64,000 bases of DNA from Faecousia sp. (lineage in GTDB: Bacteria > Bacillota > Clostridia > Oscillospirales > Oscillospiraceae), in the NCBI GenBank assembly GCA_045602725.1, contig JAZSCE010000076.1, positions 22,919 to 86,918 of the forward strand. The letters run 5' to 3'. The notes below the pieces were generated by a model. It was given only the letters and a program-made list of their open reading frames with translations, ran no database searches and was not told where the DNA came from. A program made the position numbers and the translations under genes. Below, piece after piece: positions 36,705 to 44,911 of this stretch (the stretch's first letter is position 1; every line of letters starts with the position of its first letter).

Positions 36705-38237
36705 TTAGTAGTTTTCAAAGCCGCCATCTTTGGCGAACTGCGCCAGCAGATCCCGGGCATAAACCTCGGCATCATAGCGGTCGATTTCTGTCAGTTTATT
36801 GGGGCCGTAGAGGGAAGAATAGCTGTCTACAATGACATAGTAGGTTTCGTCATATTCAATATTCTGCTCCAAGTACCGGCCGTATTCACCGTAGCTGATA
36901 AAATAGCGGTCATTTGTGGTGTTGTAGAAGCGATCCAGCAGATCTTCGCCCTTAATGGAGCAAAGCACCAATTGATTATCAAAGGGGAAGAGGGAATAGA
37001 GCATTTTGTAGGTAACTTCTCCGGCGGCTAAATAGCCGGGATCCCGGATGGAGATGAAGCCGCCACCCAGCGCAATGTCATATTCATCGCCCCAGATCTC
37101 TTCGCCGGCTTTGTAGTAAAGGTCCGCTACCAACTGCTGCATATACTTGTTGTTGCGGTTGTATTTGTTTGTGCCCAGGATCTCGTTGCCTTTGTCAACC
37201 TTGTCGGCGTACTTATCCAGCAGCTCGCCAACGATGGGGTGATCCTCTTCGTGGGCGTAGGTACGGGGCTCAACCAACTCCGCAGTCTGGACAGAGGCTT
37301 TGCCTGTAGCAATGTTGATGGCGACCTCTGCGTGGGTGATGCCTTCGTTATCGCCGCCGCCCTGCAGGTGATATACGCCGCGGCTGTCGGTCAGCACATA
37401 TTTGCGGTGGGTATGACCCTCGAAAACAAGATCCACATAGCCATCCGACAGCGAGATATCATAGTAGGATTTCAGCATACCGTCGCTGACAGTTCCGGAT
37501 TTGTTGGAGCCAAGACCATCGTGGAGCAGGTAAACGATGAAATCAGCACCGGCTTCGTGAAGCATATCGGATTCTCTCTTGACCAGTTGGGTCAGTTCCG
37601 AGCCGGTCTTAAAATAAACATCCGTTACCTTATCAGAAGCAATGGAGGAGTAGCAATCGCCCACAGCGCCGATAATACCGATCTGCAGCTTGCCGAGATC
37701 TACCATCGTGGAGCTGTTGCAGTAGCTGACCTGCTGATTGGTCTCACGGTCATAAATATTTATGGCCAGGAAGGGAAATTCGGCGTGCTTTGCGTTCTCT
37801 TCGATGGGAGCCTCGCCCCAATCGTATTCGTGGTTGCCGATGGCCATTGCGGCAAAGCCCATTTCGTTCATCCAATCCACCATAATGCGGCCGTGGGTCA
37901 GGTTGGATTCTGAGGCGCCCTGCCACATATCGCCGGCATTGAGGAAGATGGCATGATCATCCGACTTTTTTGCGTTTTCCAGATAGGTACTCAGTTCGTC
38001 AAGACCGAGATGGGTATCTGCATCTGCCAGCTTGCCGTGGATGTCATTGAGCGAATAGAAATCCACCATAACAAGCAGAAATTCGCTGCAAACATCACAG
38101 AAGCCATCATTGGCTGCGTCAGTATGACCATCCGTGCAGGTGGGAGGTGCGGTTTCAGCAGGCGCCTGGGCAGGTGAGCAACCCACAAGCAGCAGACAAA
38201 GCACCAAGAGCAGGCATAGTTTCTTCAGCATAGACAA
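36705..38237 (-). CDS. 5'-nucleotidase / bifunctional metallophosphoesterase lipoprotein (UshA/CpdB-like)
   Basis: Lipobox LVGC; NDIHG, AGDMWQG, GNHEYD, LLHDG, EGHTH; C-term FPFDN. Confidence 0.9.
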   Translation of the reverse strand: MSMLKKLCLLLVLCLLLVGCSPAQAPAETAPPTCTDGHTDAANDGFCDVCSEFLLVMVDFYSLNDIHGKLADADTHLGLDELSTYLENAKKSDDHAIFLNAGDMWQGASESNLTHGRIMVDWMNEMGFAAMAIGNHEYDWGEAPIEENAKHAEFPFLAINIYDRETNQQVSYCNSSTMVDLGKLQIGIIGAVGDCYSSIASDKVTDVYFKTGSELTQLVKRESDMLHEAGADFIVYLLHDGLGSNKSGTVSDGMLKSYYDISLSDGYVDLVFEGHTHRKYVLTDSRGVYHLQGGGDNEGITHAEVAINIATGKASVQTAELVEPRTYAHEEDHPIVGELLDKYADKVDKGNEILGTNKYNRNNKYMQQLVADLYYKAGEEIWGDEYDIALGGGFISIRDPGYLAAGEVTYKMLYSLFPFDNQLVLCSIKGEDLLDRFYNTTNDRYFISYGEYGRYLEQNIEYDETYYVIVDSYSSLYGPNKLTEIDRYDAEVYARDLLAQFAKDGGFENY

Positions 38238-38273
38238 TGTTATCTACTCCATTTTCTGTATATCTTTGAAAAA

Positions 38274-38315
38274 TGCAGCCTTTCGTGTTTGGTACAGAAA
38301 CACGGAAAAGCTGCA
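38274..38315 (-). promoter_or_regulatory. Terminator-like hairpin in the 5' leader of the 5'-nucleotidase-deoD operon
   Basis: Minus strand TGCAGCTTTTCCGTGTTT-CTGTACC-AAACACGAAAGGCTGCA then TTTTT, just after TTGATT-N16-TAAAAT. Confidence 0.5.
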
Positions 38316-38407
38316 CATAACTTATTTTACAGCATATTGGTGAAAAATCAAGAGCTTTTGCTAAAAAAAGAGCGGAGTATTGCACTCCGCTCCTGTGGTG
38401 ATGGAAT

Positions 38408-39319
38408 TCAGGAAAGTTCCGCATAGCCGATTTGGGGATAGGGGGTAGGATTGCATTCGGTCTTGCTGTCAAATACGCCACCGCCGGTAACGTTGCCGAA
38501 GGTTTCACCCCAGCCTCCGTAGTAGTTCAGGTACTCCGTGAAATCGTTGTAATGATTGTGGGTATAGAATACGAAAATCTCGTGGGGCTCATAGGTTCCG
38601 TTGCCGTTAATGTCCTGCTTGGTATACACCAAACGGGCTGCCCCACGGACGATGGAACTGCCGTTGTTGTAAGGACGGGGCTTATAGCCGGGGGTTACGG
38701 TGCCGGTGGTGCCGATGTCCATTTCAAAATAGCGGAAGCCCTGACCATTGCCGGGTAATTCCGGCTCATAGGGGTACTTTTTGGGGTTATTCTTATACCA
38801 GGAGTGATTCAGGCGCAGGTACTGTCCCCAAATGTTGCCAACGGGCTTGGCACTTTTCTTGCTGGTATGGTTTGCCGGCAGCTCTTCACTGCTGCCAAAG
38901 GCATACATATAGGCCGCAACCTCTTCCAGCGTGATATAGGCGCCGCCTTTATAGATGCGCATTACCTCATTGCCGTATGCATCGGTGACGATATAGGTAT
39001 TGCCGTTATCTTCGTAGCGTGTGGCGGTATTGCGGATATAGCGGCCATCCTCGGTGGGCTGATAGTCAGCTCTGGTGAAATCCTGATCAGGAACCTCTAA
39101 AGAGCCGGAGAGGAAGCCGTGCTTGGAGCGATACTGCGCATCCTCATAGCTGGTGGCGGGGGAGTAATTGCTGTAAAATTCCTCGGCGGTCATACCCACA
39201 TAGGGATCACTGGTGGGTACGGCAGGTCGTGTGGGTTGGGTTTCAGTTGGTGCAGTTGGACTTGCACAGCTGCTCAGCAGAAACAGTACAAGCAAAATTG
39301 CAGATAAAACGCGTTTCAT
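38408..39319 (-). CDS. Barnase/RNase Sa-like ribonuclease lipoprotein
   Basis: Lipobox LSSC; EEVAAY, LPANH..K, YFEMDI, RGAARLVY, FYTHNHYNDF match the barnase E73/R83/R87/H102 pattern. Confidence 0.75.
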   Translation of the reverse strand: MKRVLSAILLVLFLLSSCASPTAPTETQPTRPAVPTSDPYVGMTAEEFYSNYSPATSYEDAQYRSKHGFLSGSLEVPDQDFTRADYQPTEDGRYIRNTATRYEDNGNTYIVTDAYGNEVMRIYKGGAYITLEEVAAYMYAFGSSEELPANHTSKKSAKPVGNIWGQYLRLNHSWYKNNPKKYPYEPELPGNGQGFRYFEMDIGTTGTVTPGYKPRPYNNGSSIVRGAARLVYTKQDINGNGTYEPHEIFVFYTHNHYNDFTEYLNYYGGWGETFGNVTGGGVFDSKTECNPTPYPQIGYAELS

Positions 39320-39523
39320 ATCTCATTTCTCCGTAGATGCAGGCTTATTTGGCACCCCCGTGAGACGCAGGATCGCCGCCTTTCGCATAGCAGACACCGG
39401 GGGAATTACCTCTTTTATCCCTTATCATACCCCAAAATTCTATGCTGTCAAGAGATTTTTGATGTGAGAGGAAAGTACCATTGCTGCAAGATAGATCAAA
39501 GTTACACGCGGAATTCTCTTGCA

Positions 39524-40228
39524 TTATCCGATTATGTATTCAACTGAGTTGATTACCAGACAGCGATCATCCTTCCAGTATATCTGCATAGTTTCATACT
39601 CGCCCCATTCACCGAAATAAACCCTTTGAGGTTTCTTTTCGATTTTGAAAAGAATTGCGTTTATTCCGCTTTTCTTATATACATCGACAAGGGTATCCCC
39701 TCCAAGCGCACCTTGGTCACTGTCAATTACTTGTGCATAGTATTTTCCGCTTGGCGATTCAACAGTTTGAACGACAGTGTTTTGTCCAATGCTGCCAAAA
39801 ATCGAGAGAATAAAACTGATGAAGCCAAGTGGCACTATCATTAGTGCGGATAATACCAAAGCAACGATCATAGGCAATAAAGGTCTTCCGTATTTTACCG
39901 CCAGGAAGCAGCAACATACCGCAGAAACAAAGACATTTGCAACCACCCATCCTTGAGGACACGCAAAAATGTAGAACGCAGCGTTGATTAAAGATAAGGG
40001 CGGCATAATGGCCATCAAAATCGGTATTGTTTTGCTTTCAGGCGGTTCTTTGAAAACAAGGTTCAGAACGACTATACATACGGATAGCACAGCAAGTGCG
40101 ACAGAAAAAGCGGAAATGCTTATAAGCGCAAAACGATATCCAAAACACGCTGTTGCAATAACACCGGCAGGATACAGAATTGTCAGCACAAATAGCAAAA
40201 TAATCAAAATAGAAATCGCTTTTCTCAC
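39524..40228 (-). CDS. Hypothetical multi-TM membrane protein (ECF cassette)
   Basis: About 5 TM plus a C-terminal SPSGKY..DQGALGG domain; probable GTG start 40228 just after the anti-sigma stop. Confidence 0.7.
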   Translation of the reverse strand: MRKAISILIILLFVLTILYPAGVIATACFGYRFALISISAFSVALAVLSVCIVVLNLVFKEPPESKTIPILMAIMPPLSLINAAFYIFACPQGWVVANVFVSAVCCCFLAVKYGRPLLPMIVALVLSALMIVPLGFISFILSIFGSIGQNTVVQTVESPSGKYYAQVIDSDQGALGGDTLVDVYKKSGINAILFKIEKKPQRVYFGEWGEYETMQIYWKDDRCLVINSVEYIIG

Positions 40229-40238
40229 ACAACTCACC

Positions 40239-40868
40239 TTACTCTTTCCCCAACATTTTTGCGTATTGGTTGGAAAATACCTTGGACAAAGCACAAAATG
40301 TAGCCGTCAATAAAATACCGATGCCGTTGAGCAGTAAAAACGCGAGCAGGACTTCTAAAACTTCAGAAAAACCATTTCCGGAAAACAGATCGGAAAAATT
40401 CATTTCGTAATGGAATCCTGACCATACATATGCACAAAGCGTGATACCAAGCGTGGCAAAAACAGAGAAAATGGAAAAACTTTTTCTGCTTTTATAAAGC
40501 CTGACAAAATACCAATTTGCCAAAGAAAGCATAAACCCGGTAGCCGGAATTACAAGATTCAATGCCCAAAAGCCATTTCCGATCCCGGATGGAGTTCTTG
40601 CTTCCAATGCAACACCGATTGTAATCAAGGCAAAGGATAGGAACAGTAAAGCAGACTGTAAAACAGAGGCCTTCCAGTCGTTAAGTTTATGAAGCGTTTT
40701 TGGCGCGTTGGTCACCACAACTGTATCGGCGGGGGCGTTCATATCCTCGAAAAGTTGTTTGCATCCGTTGCAATTACAAATATGTTCTTTGACGAGATTC
40801 TCGCTTTCCTCGCTGCAGCATCCGTCAATGTACAGCGGGATTAAATCTTTTATTATATTGCAATCCAT
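40239..40868 (-). CDS. zf-HC2 membrane anti-sigma factor
   Basis: CNIIKDLIPLYIDG..SEES..LVKEHICNCNGC plus 4 TM. Confidence 0.88.
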   Translation of the reverse strand: MDCNIIKDLIPLYIDGCCSEESENLVKEHICNCNGCKQLFEDMNAPADTVVVTNAPKTLHKLNDWKASVLQSALLFLSFALITIGVALEARTPSGIGNGFWALNLVIPATGFMLSLANWYFVRLYKSRKSFSIFSVFATLGITLCAYVWSGFHYEMNFSDLFSGNGFSEVLEVLLAFLLLNGIGILLTATFCALSKVFSNQYAKMLGKE

Positions 40869-40872
40869 ATTC

Positions 40873-41349
40873 TTACCTCATTTTTTCCAATAGTTTTTGC
40901 TTGGCACGGTAAAATGTAACTCGTGCCCAGCTTTCGCTTTTTCCAAAAATCAAGCTGATATACTTCAGAGAGAAACCACCGAAAACCGAAAGCATAAATA
41001 CTTCCTTATAGGGCTCTTCCAATTTGTGCAAGCAATGTAGCGCTTTTTGCGAAAGTTCCCTTTGCACAAAGGCATCCTCGATACTTTCATCGCTGCTTGC
41101 TGCATCGAGATCGTCAAGGGGAATCTTTTTCTTTTGCTCACTAAACCATGCAAAGTATGTATTCTTTGCAATCTGGCACAGCCATATGGAAGCCTTATCC
41201 TTATTTCGAAGAGAAGTGAAGTTCATATATGCACGAAAAAAGGTTTCTTGTGTCAACTCCTCGGATAGCGAAATGTCCTGTGTCATTTTCATTAGATATT
41301 TGAAAATGAACTCCCGGTTTTCATTGAAAAGCTTTTCAAAATCAGTCAC
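40873..41349 (-). CDS. ECF RNA polymerase sigma factor
   Basis: SEELTQETFFRA, WLCQIAKN, LEEPYKEVF, KSESWARVTFYRAK. Confidence 0.92.
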   Translation of the reverse strand: MTDFEKLFNENREFIFKYLMKMTQDISLSEELTQETFFRAYMNFTSLRNKDKASIWLCQIAKNTYFAWFSEQKKKIPLDDLDAASSDESIEDAFVQRELSQKALHCLHKLEEPYKEVFMLSVFGGFSLKYISLIFGKSESWARVTFYRAKQKLLEKMR

Positions 41350-41499
41350 AATTTCACCGCCCTTTCAACTATTAGATTGGAAAACTTGCAAAACGTTACA
41401 TCAATTATATCACATTTTCTGAAAATTTCAAAAGAGTGTATTAACGGAACATATTTCTGAGAAATTAGCAAAAAAACCGTCTCAAAAGAGACGGTTTTT

Positions 41500-41576
41500 T
41501 GGCACGCCCGGCGCGATTCGAACGCGCGACCTTCCGCTTAGGAGGCGGATGCTCTATCCAGCTGAGCTACGGGCGC
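41500..41576 (-). tRNA. tRNA-Arg(CCT)
   Basis: GCGCCCGTAGCTCAGCTGGATAGAGC...TCCGC-CTCCTAA-GCGGA...TTCGAAT...GCCA; terminator at 41470-41500. Confidence 0.97.
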
Positions 41577-41692
41577 ATATCAGCACCAAAGTATTGTAAC
41601 GGAAATTTGAAAAACTGTCAATAAATTTCAGGTATATTTCCAATATGAGCTGCATATACTGGCAGGAAAACCAATTGAAGGGAGGGCTTAAT

Positions 41693-41773
41693 ATGCCGGA
41701 AAATGAGAAAGAAAAGGCTGATATTGACGACTTGATTTTTGATGAGGATGACGGAGGACCCAGCGAAAGATAA
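41693..41773 (+). CDS. Putative 26-aa acidic small protein
   Basis: RBS AGGGAGG, ATG..TAA, MPENEKEKADIDDLIFDEDDGGPSER; upstream CATATACT resembles a sporulation-sigma -10. Confidence 0.45.
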   Translation: MPENEKEKADIDDLIFDEDDGGPSER

Positions 41774-41883
41774 CAATTATCGCTTACTTTGACTGCTTTT
41801 TCCGAATTCCTCTTTACAGATGCGGAATTTTCGGATATAATATTGGGCGAAAATGTAAAAATCTACGAAATGAGTGAAAACCT

Positions 41884-43011
41884 ATGAACATCGAATTTGA
41901 TGCCTATAAGCAAAAGCTCAATGATATCAAGCTCGCCCTGGATAATTTGGCGGATTCTTTGAATCTGGAAGGTTTGCGCAGTGAGCTGGAGCGCTATCAG
42001 GCGATGCAGGAAGCTCCCGGTTTTTGGGATGATCCTGAAAAGAGCCAAAAGATCGTTATGAAAGCCAGACAGGCAGAGAACAAGGTGGAGCGTTATGCCA
42101 AGATGCGTGCCACCTGGGATGACCTGATGACCATTTGTGAAATGGCAGAGGAAGAGGATGACGACTCCATGCTGTCGGAACTGAAGGAAGGCTTCGAACT
42201 GCTGGTAAGCGAAATGGAGTCCTGCCGCCTGGAAACACTGCTGACCGGCAATTATGATGCCAACAATGCGCTGATGAGCTTCCACGCCGGCGCCGGCGGC
42301 ACAGAGGCACAGGATTGGTGCCAAATGCTGTACCGTATGTACACCCGTTGGGCAGAGCGCCACGGATTTACCTACAAGATTCTGGACTATATGGAAGGCG
42401 ATGAGGCCGGCCTGAAGTCTGCTGACATCCTGATCGAAGGCACCAATGCCTACGGCTTCCTGAAGGGTGAGAACGGTGTGCACCGTTTGGTGCGTGTTTC
42501 CCCCTTTGATGCCAATTCCCGTCGGCAGACATCTTTCTCTGCGGTGGAGGTTATTCCTGAAATTCCGGATGACAGCAACGATGTGGAGATCCGTCCTGAG
42601 GACTATGAGATGCAGGTGTTCCGTTCCTCCGGCGCAGGCGGTCAGCATATCAACAAGACATCTTCCGCTGTCCGCTTGATCCATAAGGCTACCGGTATCG
42701 TTGTCGCTTGTCAGACCGAGCGCAGCCAGTTCCAAAACAAGGAAAACTGTCTGCGTATGCTGCGCTCCAAGCTGGTGGAGATCAAGGAGCGTGAGCATCT
42801 GGATAAGATCTCTGACATCAAGGGTGTCCAGCAGAAGATCGAGTGGGGCAGCCAGATCCGCAACTATGTCTTTATGCCCTATACCCTGGTCAAGGATACC
42901 CGTACCGGCTGCGAGACCGCAAATGTAAACGCGGTTATGGACGGTGCGTTGGATCCCTTTATTCAGAGTTATTTGAACTGTTTGGCAACCGGAAACTGGG
43001 TTACCAAATAA
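41884..43011 (+). CDS. prfB: Peptide chain release factor 2 (no programmed frameshift)
   Basis: GAGGTEAQDW, SPF specificity motif, GGQ, WGSQIR; continuous 375-aa ORF. Confidence 0.97.
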   Translation: MNIEFDAYKQKLNDIKLALDNLADSLNLEGLRSELERYQAMQEAPGFWDDPEKSQKIVMKARQAENKVERYAKMRATWDDLMTICEMAEEEDDDSMLSELKEGFELLVSEMESCRLETLLTGNYDANNALMSFHAGAGGTEAQDWCQMLYRMYTRWAERHGFTYKILDYMEGDEAGLKSADILIEGTNAYGFLKGENGVHRLVRVSPFDANSRRQTSFSAVEVIPEIPDDSNDVEIRPEDYEMQVFRSSGAGGQHINKTSSAVRLIHKATGIVVACQTERSQFQNKENCLRMLRSKLVEIKEREHLDKISDIKGVQQKIEWGSQIRNYVFMPYTLVKDTRTGCETANVNAVMDGALDPFIQSYLNCLATGNWVTK

Positions 43012-43105
43012 AAAATTGCAAAAAATCAAAAAATCACTTGATATTTTCGTTTTACTGTGCTATTATTTATTGGCTATGTAACACCCGTGGAGGGAGGTAA
43101 AGGAA

Positions 43106-43342
43106 ATGATTGTTCTGAAGTATATCAATATCGCTTTGGTTGTTTTGAGCAGCATCGCTCTGATTGCGACCATTCTGCTGCAGTCCGGCAAGGAATCCGG
43201 TATGGGCTCTATCACCGGTAAGAACGAAACTTACCTGAGCAAGAGCAAGTTTGGCACCCTGGATAAGGCCCTGGCTTCTGCTACGAAGTGGCTGGTTCTT
43301 GGTTGGGCTGTCCTGACTTTGACTCTGCACCTCTTCCCCTAA
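43106..43342 (+). CDS. secG: Preprotein translocase subunit SecG
   Basis: ILLQSGKESGMGSITG, 2 TM, 78 aa; RBS AAGGA. Confidence 0.9.
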   Translation: MIVLKYINIALVVLSSIALIATILLQSGKESGMGSITGKNETYLSKSKFGTLDKALASATKWLVLGWAVLTLTLHLFP

Positions 43343-43435
43343 TCACATAAAATGTAGCCGCAGGGAGCTCCCTGCGGTTATTTTTATAGACTTTTCCTTG
43401 CGCGTGTGGTATGCTGAAGGAAACCAAGCAGAAAG

Positions 43436-44887
43436 GTGATGGATATGGAAAATTATAAGCTTACCGGCCTTGAGCCCCGGGCGGTATTTCGTTATTTTGA
43501 GGAAATTTGTGCCATTCCCCACGGAAGCGGCAATACAAAGCAGATCAGCGACTATTTGGTTGCGTTTGCAAAAAAGCAGGGAATTCGCTATATTCAGGAT
43601 GATTTGAATAATGTGATTTTGTTCGCAGATGGCACTTGCGGCTATGAGGACCACGCACCTGTGATTTTGCAGGGGCATATGGATATGGTCTGCGAGAAGG
43701 ATGCTGATTGCCCCATCAATATGGACACCGATGGCCTTGACATTGCCCACGATGGAAGCTGCGTTTACGCTAAGGGTACTACGCTGGGCGGCGATGACGG
43801 CATTGCCGTTGCTTATGCGCTGGCGCTGCTGGCTGACAGAACTATTCCCCATCCGCCATTGGAGGTTATTATCACCGTTGACGAGGAAACCGGTATGTAC
43901 GGCGCTGCCGGTATTGATCTTTCTATGCTCAAAGGCAGAACGATGCTGAATCTTGACTCGGAGGATGAGGGTATTTTTACCGTTGCCTGCGCCGGTGGCG
44001 CCAGAGCGACATTGACGCTGCCGGTAGAGCGCAGAGCTGTCTACGGCCCTTGCGTCAAGCTGACAATAGACGGCTTGCAGGGCGGACACTCCGGCGTTGA
44101 GATCCACAAAAAGCGTGCCAATGCCAATAAGGTGATGGGCGAACTTCTCAGCCGGGTGCAGAATTTGATGCCCGTGTGCATTACCAAGCTGGAAGGCGGC
44201 GCCAAGGACAATGCGATTCCCCGGTCTTGCACCGTGACCTTTGTGGCTTTGGGAATGTATATCGAGCGCATCAACGATATCACCGCACAGCTGGAAAAGG
44301 AAATCCGGGAGCAGTATGATGAGCCCGAAGTACGCATTTGGGGCGACGATGTGGACGCCCTGGGCGGCAATGCCTTGACGACGGAGGCCTCCTCGCAGGT
44401 AATTGCAATGCTCAACAGCGTGCCCAATGGCATTCAGGCCTGGAGCGCGGATATCCCCGGCCTGGTGCAGACCAGCCTGAATTTGGGCGTGCTTCGCCTG
44501 GATGAGCAACTGAAAATGACCTTTGCGGTACGCAGCAGCTTGAATCAGGAGAAGCGGGATTTGCTTGCGCAGTTGAAGGGAATTGCATCGATGTTCAATG
44601 GTGGCTACAGCGATACCGGCGATTATCCAGCCTGGGAGTATAGGAAGGATTCCAAACTCCGTGACCTGATGGTAAAGACCTTTACCGAAAAATTTGGCAA
44701 AGCGCCTGACGTTGTGGCGATCCACGCCGGTTTGGAATGTGGCCTGCTCAGCGACAAACTGCCGGGGCTGGATTGCGTTTCCATCGGCCCGGATATGCAC
44801 GATATCCACACCAGTCGTGAGCGCCTGGAGATTGAATCCACCCGCCGCACCTGGGAATTCCTGCTGGATGTTTTGAAAGCGCTATAA
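43436..44887 (+). CDS. pepD: Aminoacyl-histidine dipeptidase (M20C)
   Basis: FEEICAIPHGS, QGHMDMVCEK, TTLGGDDG, VDEETG, GGHSG, IHAGLECG. Confidence 0.94.
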   Translation: MMDMENYKLTGLEPRAVFRYFEEICAIPHGSGNTKQISDYLVAFAKKQGIRYIQDDLNNVILFADGTCGYEDHAPVILQGHMDMVCEKDADCPINMDTDGLDIAHDGSCVYAKGTTLGGDDGIAVAYALALLADRTIPHPPLEVIITVDEETGMYGAAGIDLSMLKGRTMLNLDSEDEGIFTVACAGGARATLTLPVERRAVYGPCVKLTIDGLQGGHSGVEIHKKRANANKVMGELLSRVQNLMPVCITKLEGGAKDNAIPRSCTVTFVALGMYIERINDITAQLEKEIREQYDEPEVRIWGDDVDALGGNALTTEASSQVIAMLNSVPNGIQAWSADIPGLVQTSLNLGVLRLDEQLKMTFAVRSSLNQEKRDLLAQLKGIASMFNGGYSDTGDYPAWEYRKDSKLRDLMVKTFTEKFGKAPDVVAIHAGLECGLLSDKLPGLDCVSIGPDMHDIHTSRERLEIESTRRTWEFLLDVLKAL

Positions 44888-44911
44888 CGAAAATGACCTG
44901 CCTTGGGCAGG

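Noticed and set aside
35942-36775. ORF-track N-terminal extensions (deoD 277 aa; also 8464, 13892, 2193, 7472, 54533, 56067, 63810 starts)
   Set aside because: Downstream starts have clear RBSs and match family N-termini; the extensions overlap neighbouring genes or repeats.
15959-39319. Reading the nuclease cluster as an anti-phage island, competence locus or mobile element
   Set aside because: The main nucleases are exported and linked to an importer and salvage enzymes. There are no com genes, integrase or transposase, and codon usage looks native. A secondary defensive role is not excluded.
39330-39420. GGTGCCAA motif suggesting a SAM-I riboswitch
   Set aside because: Other SAM-I core elements (ATC..GAGA, GCAACC, GAT) are not found in the right arrangement.
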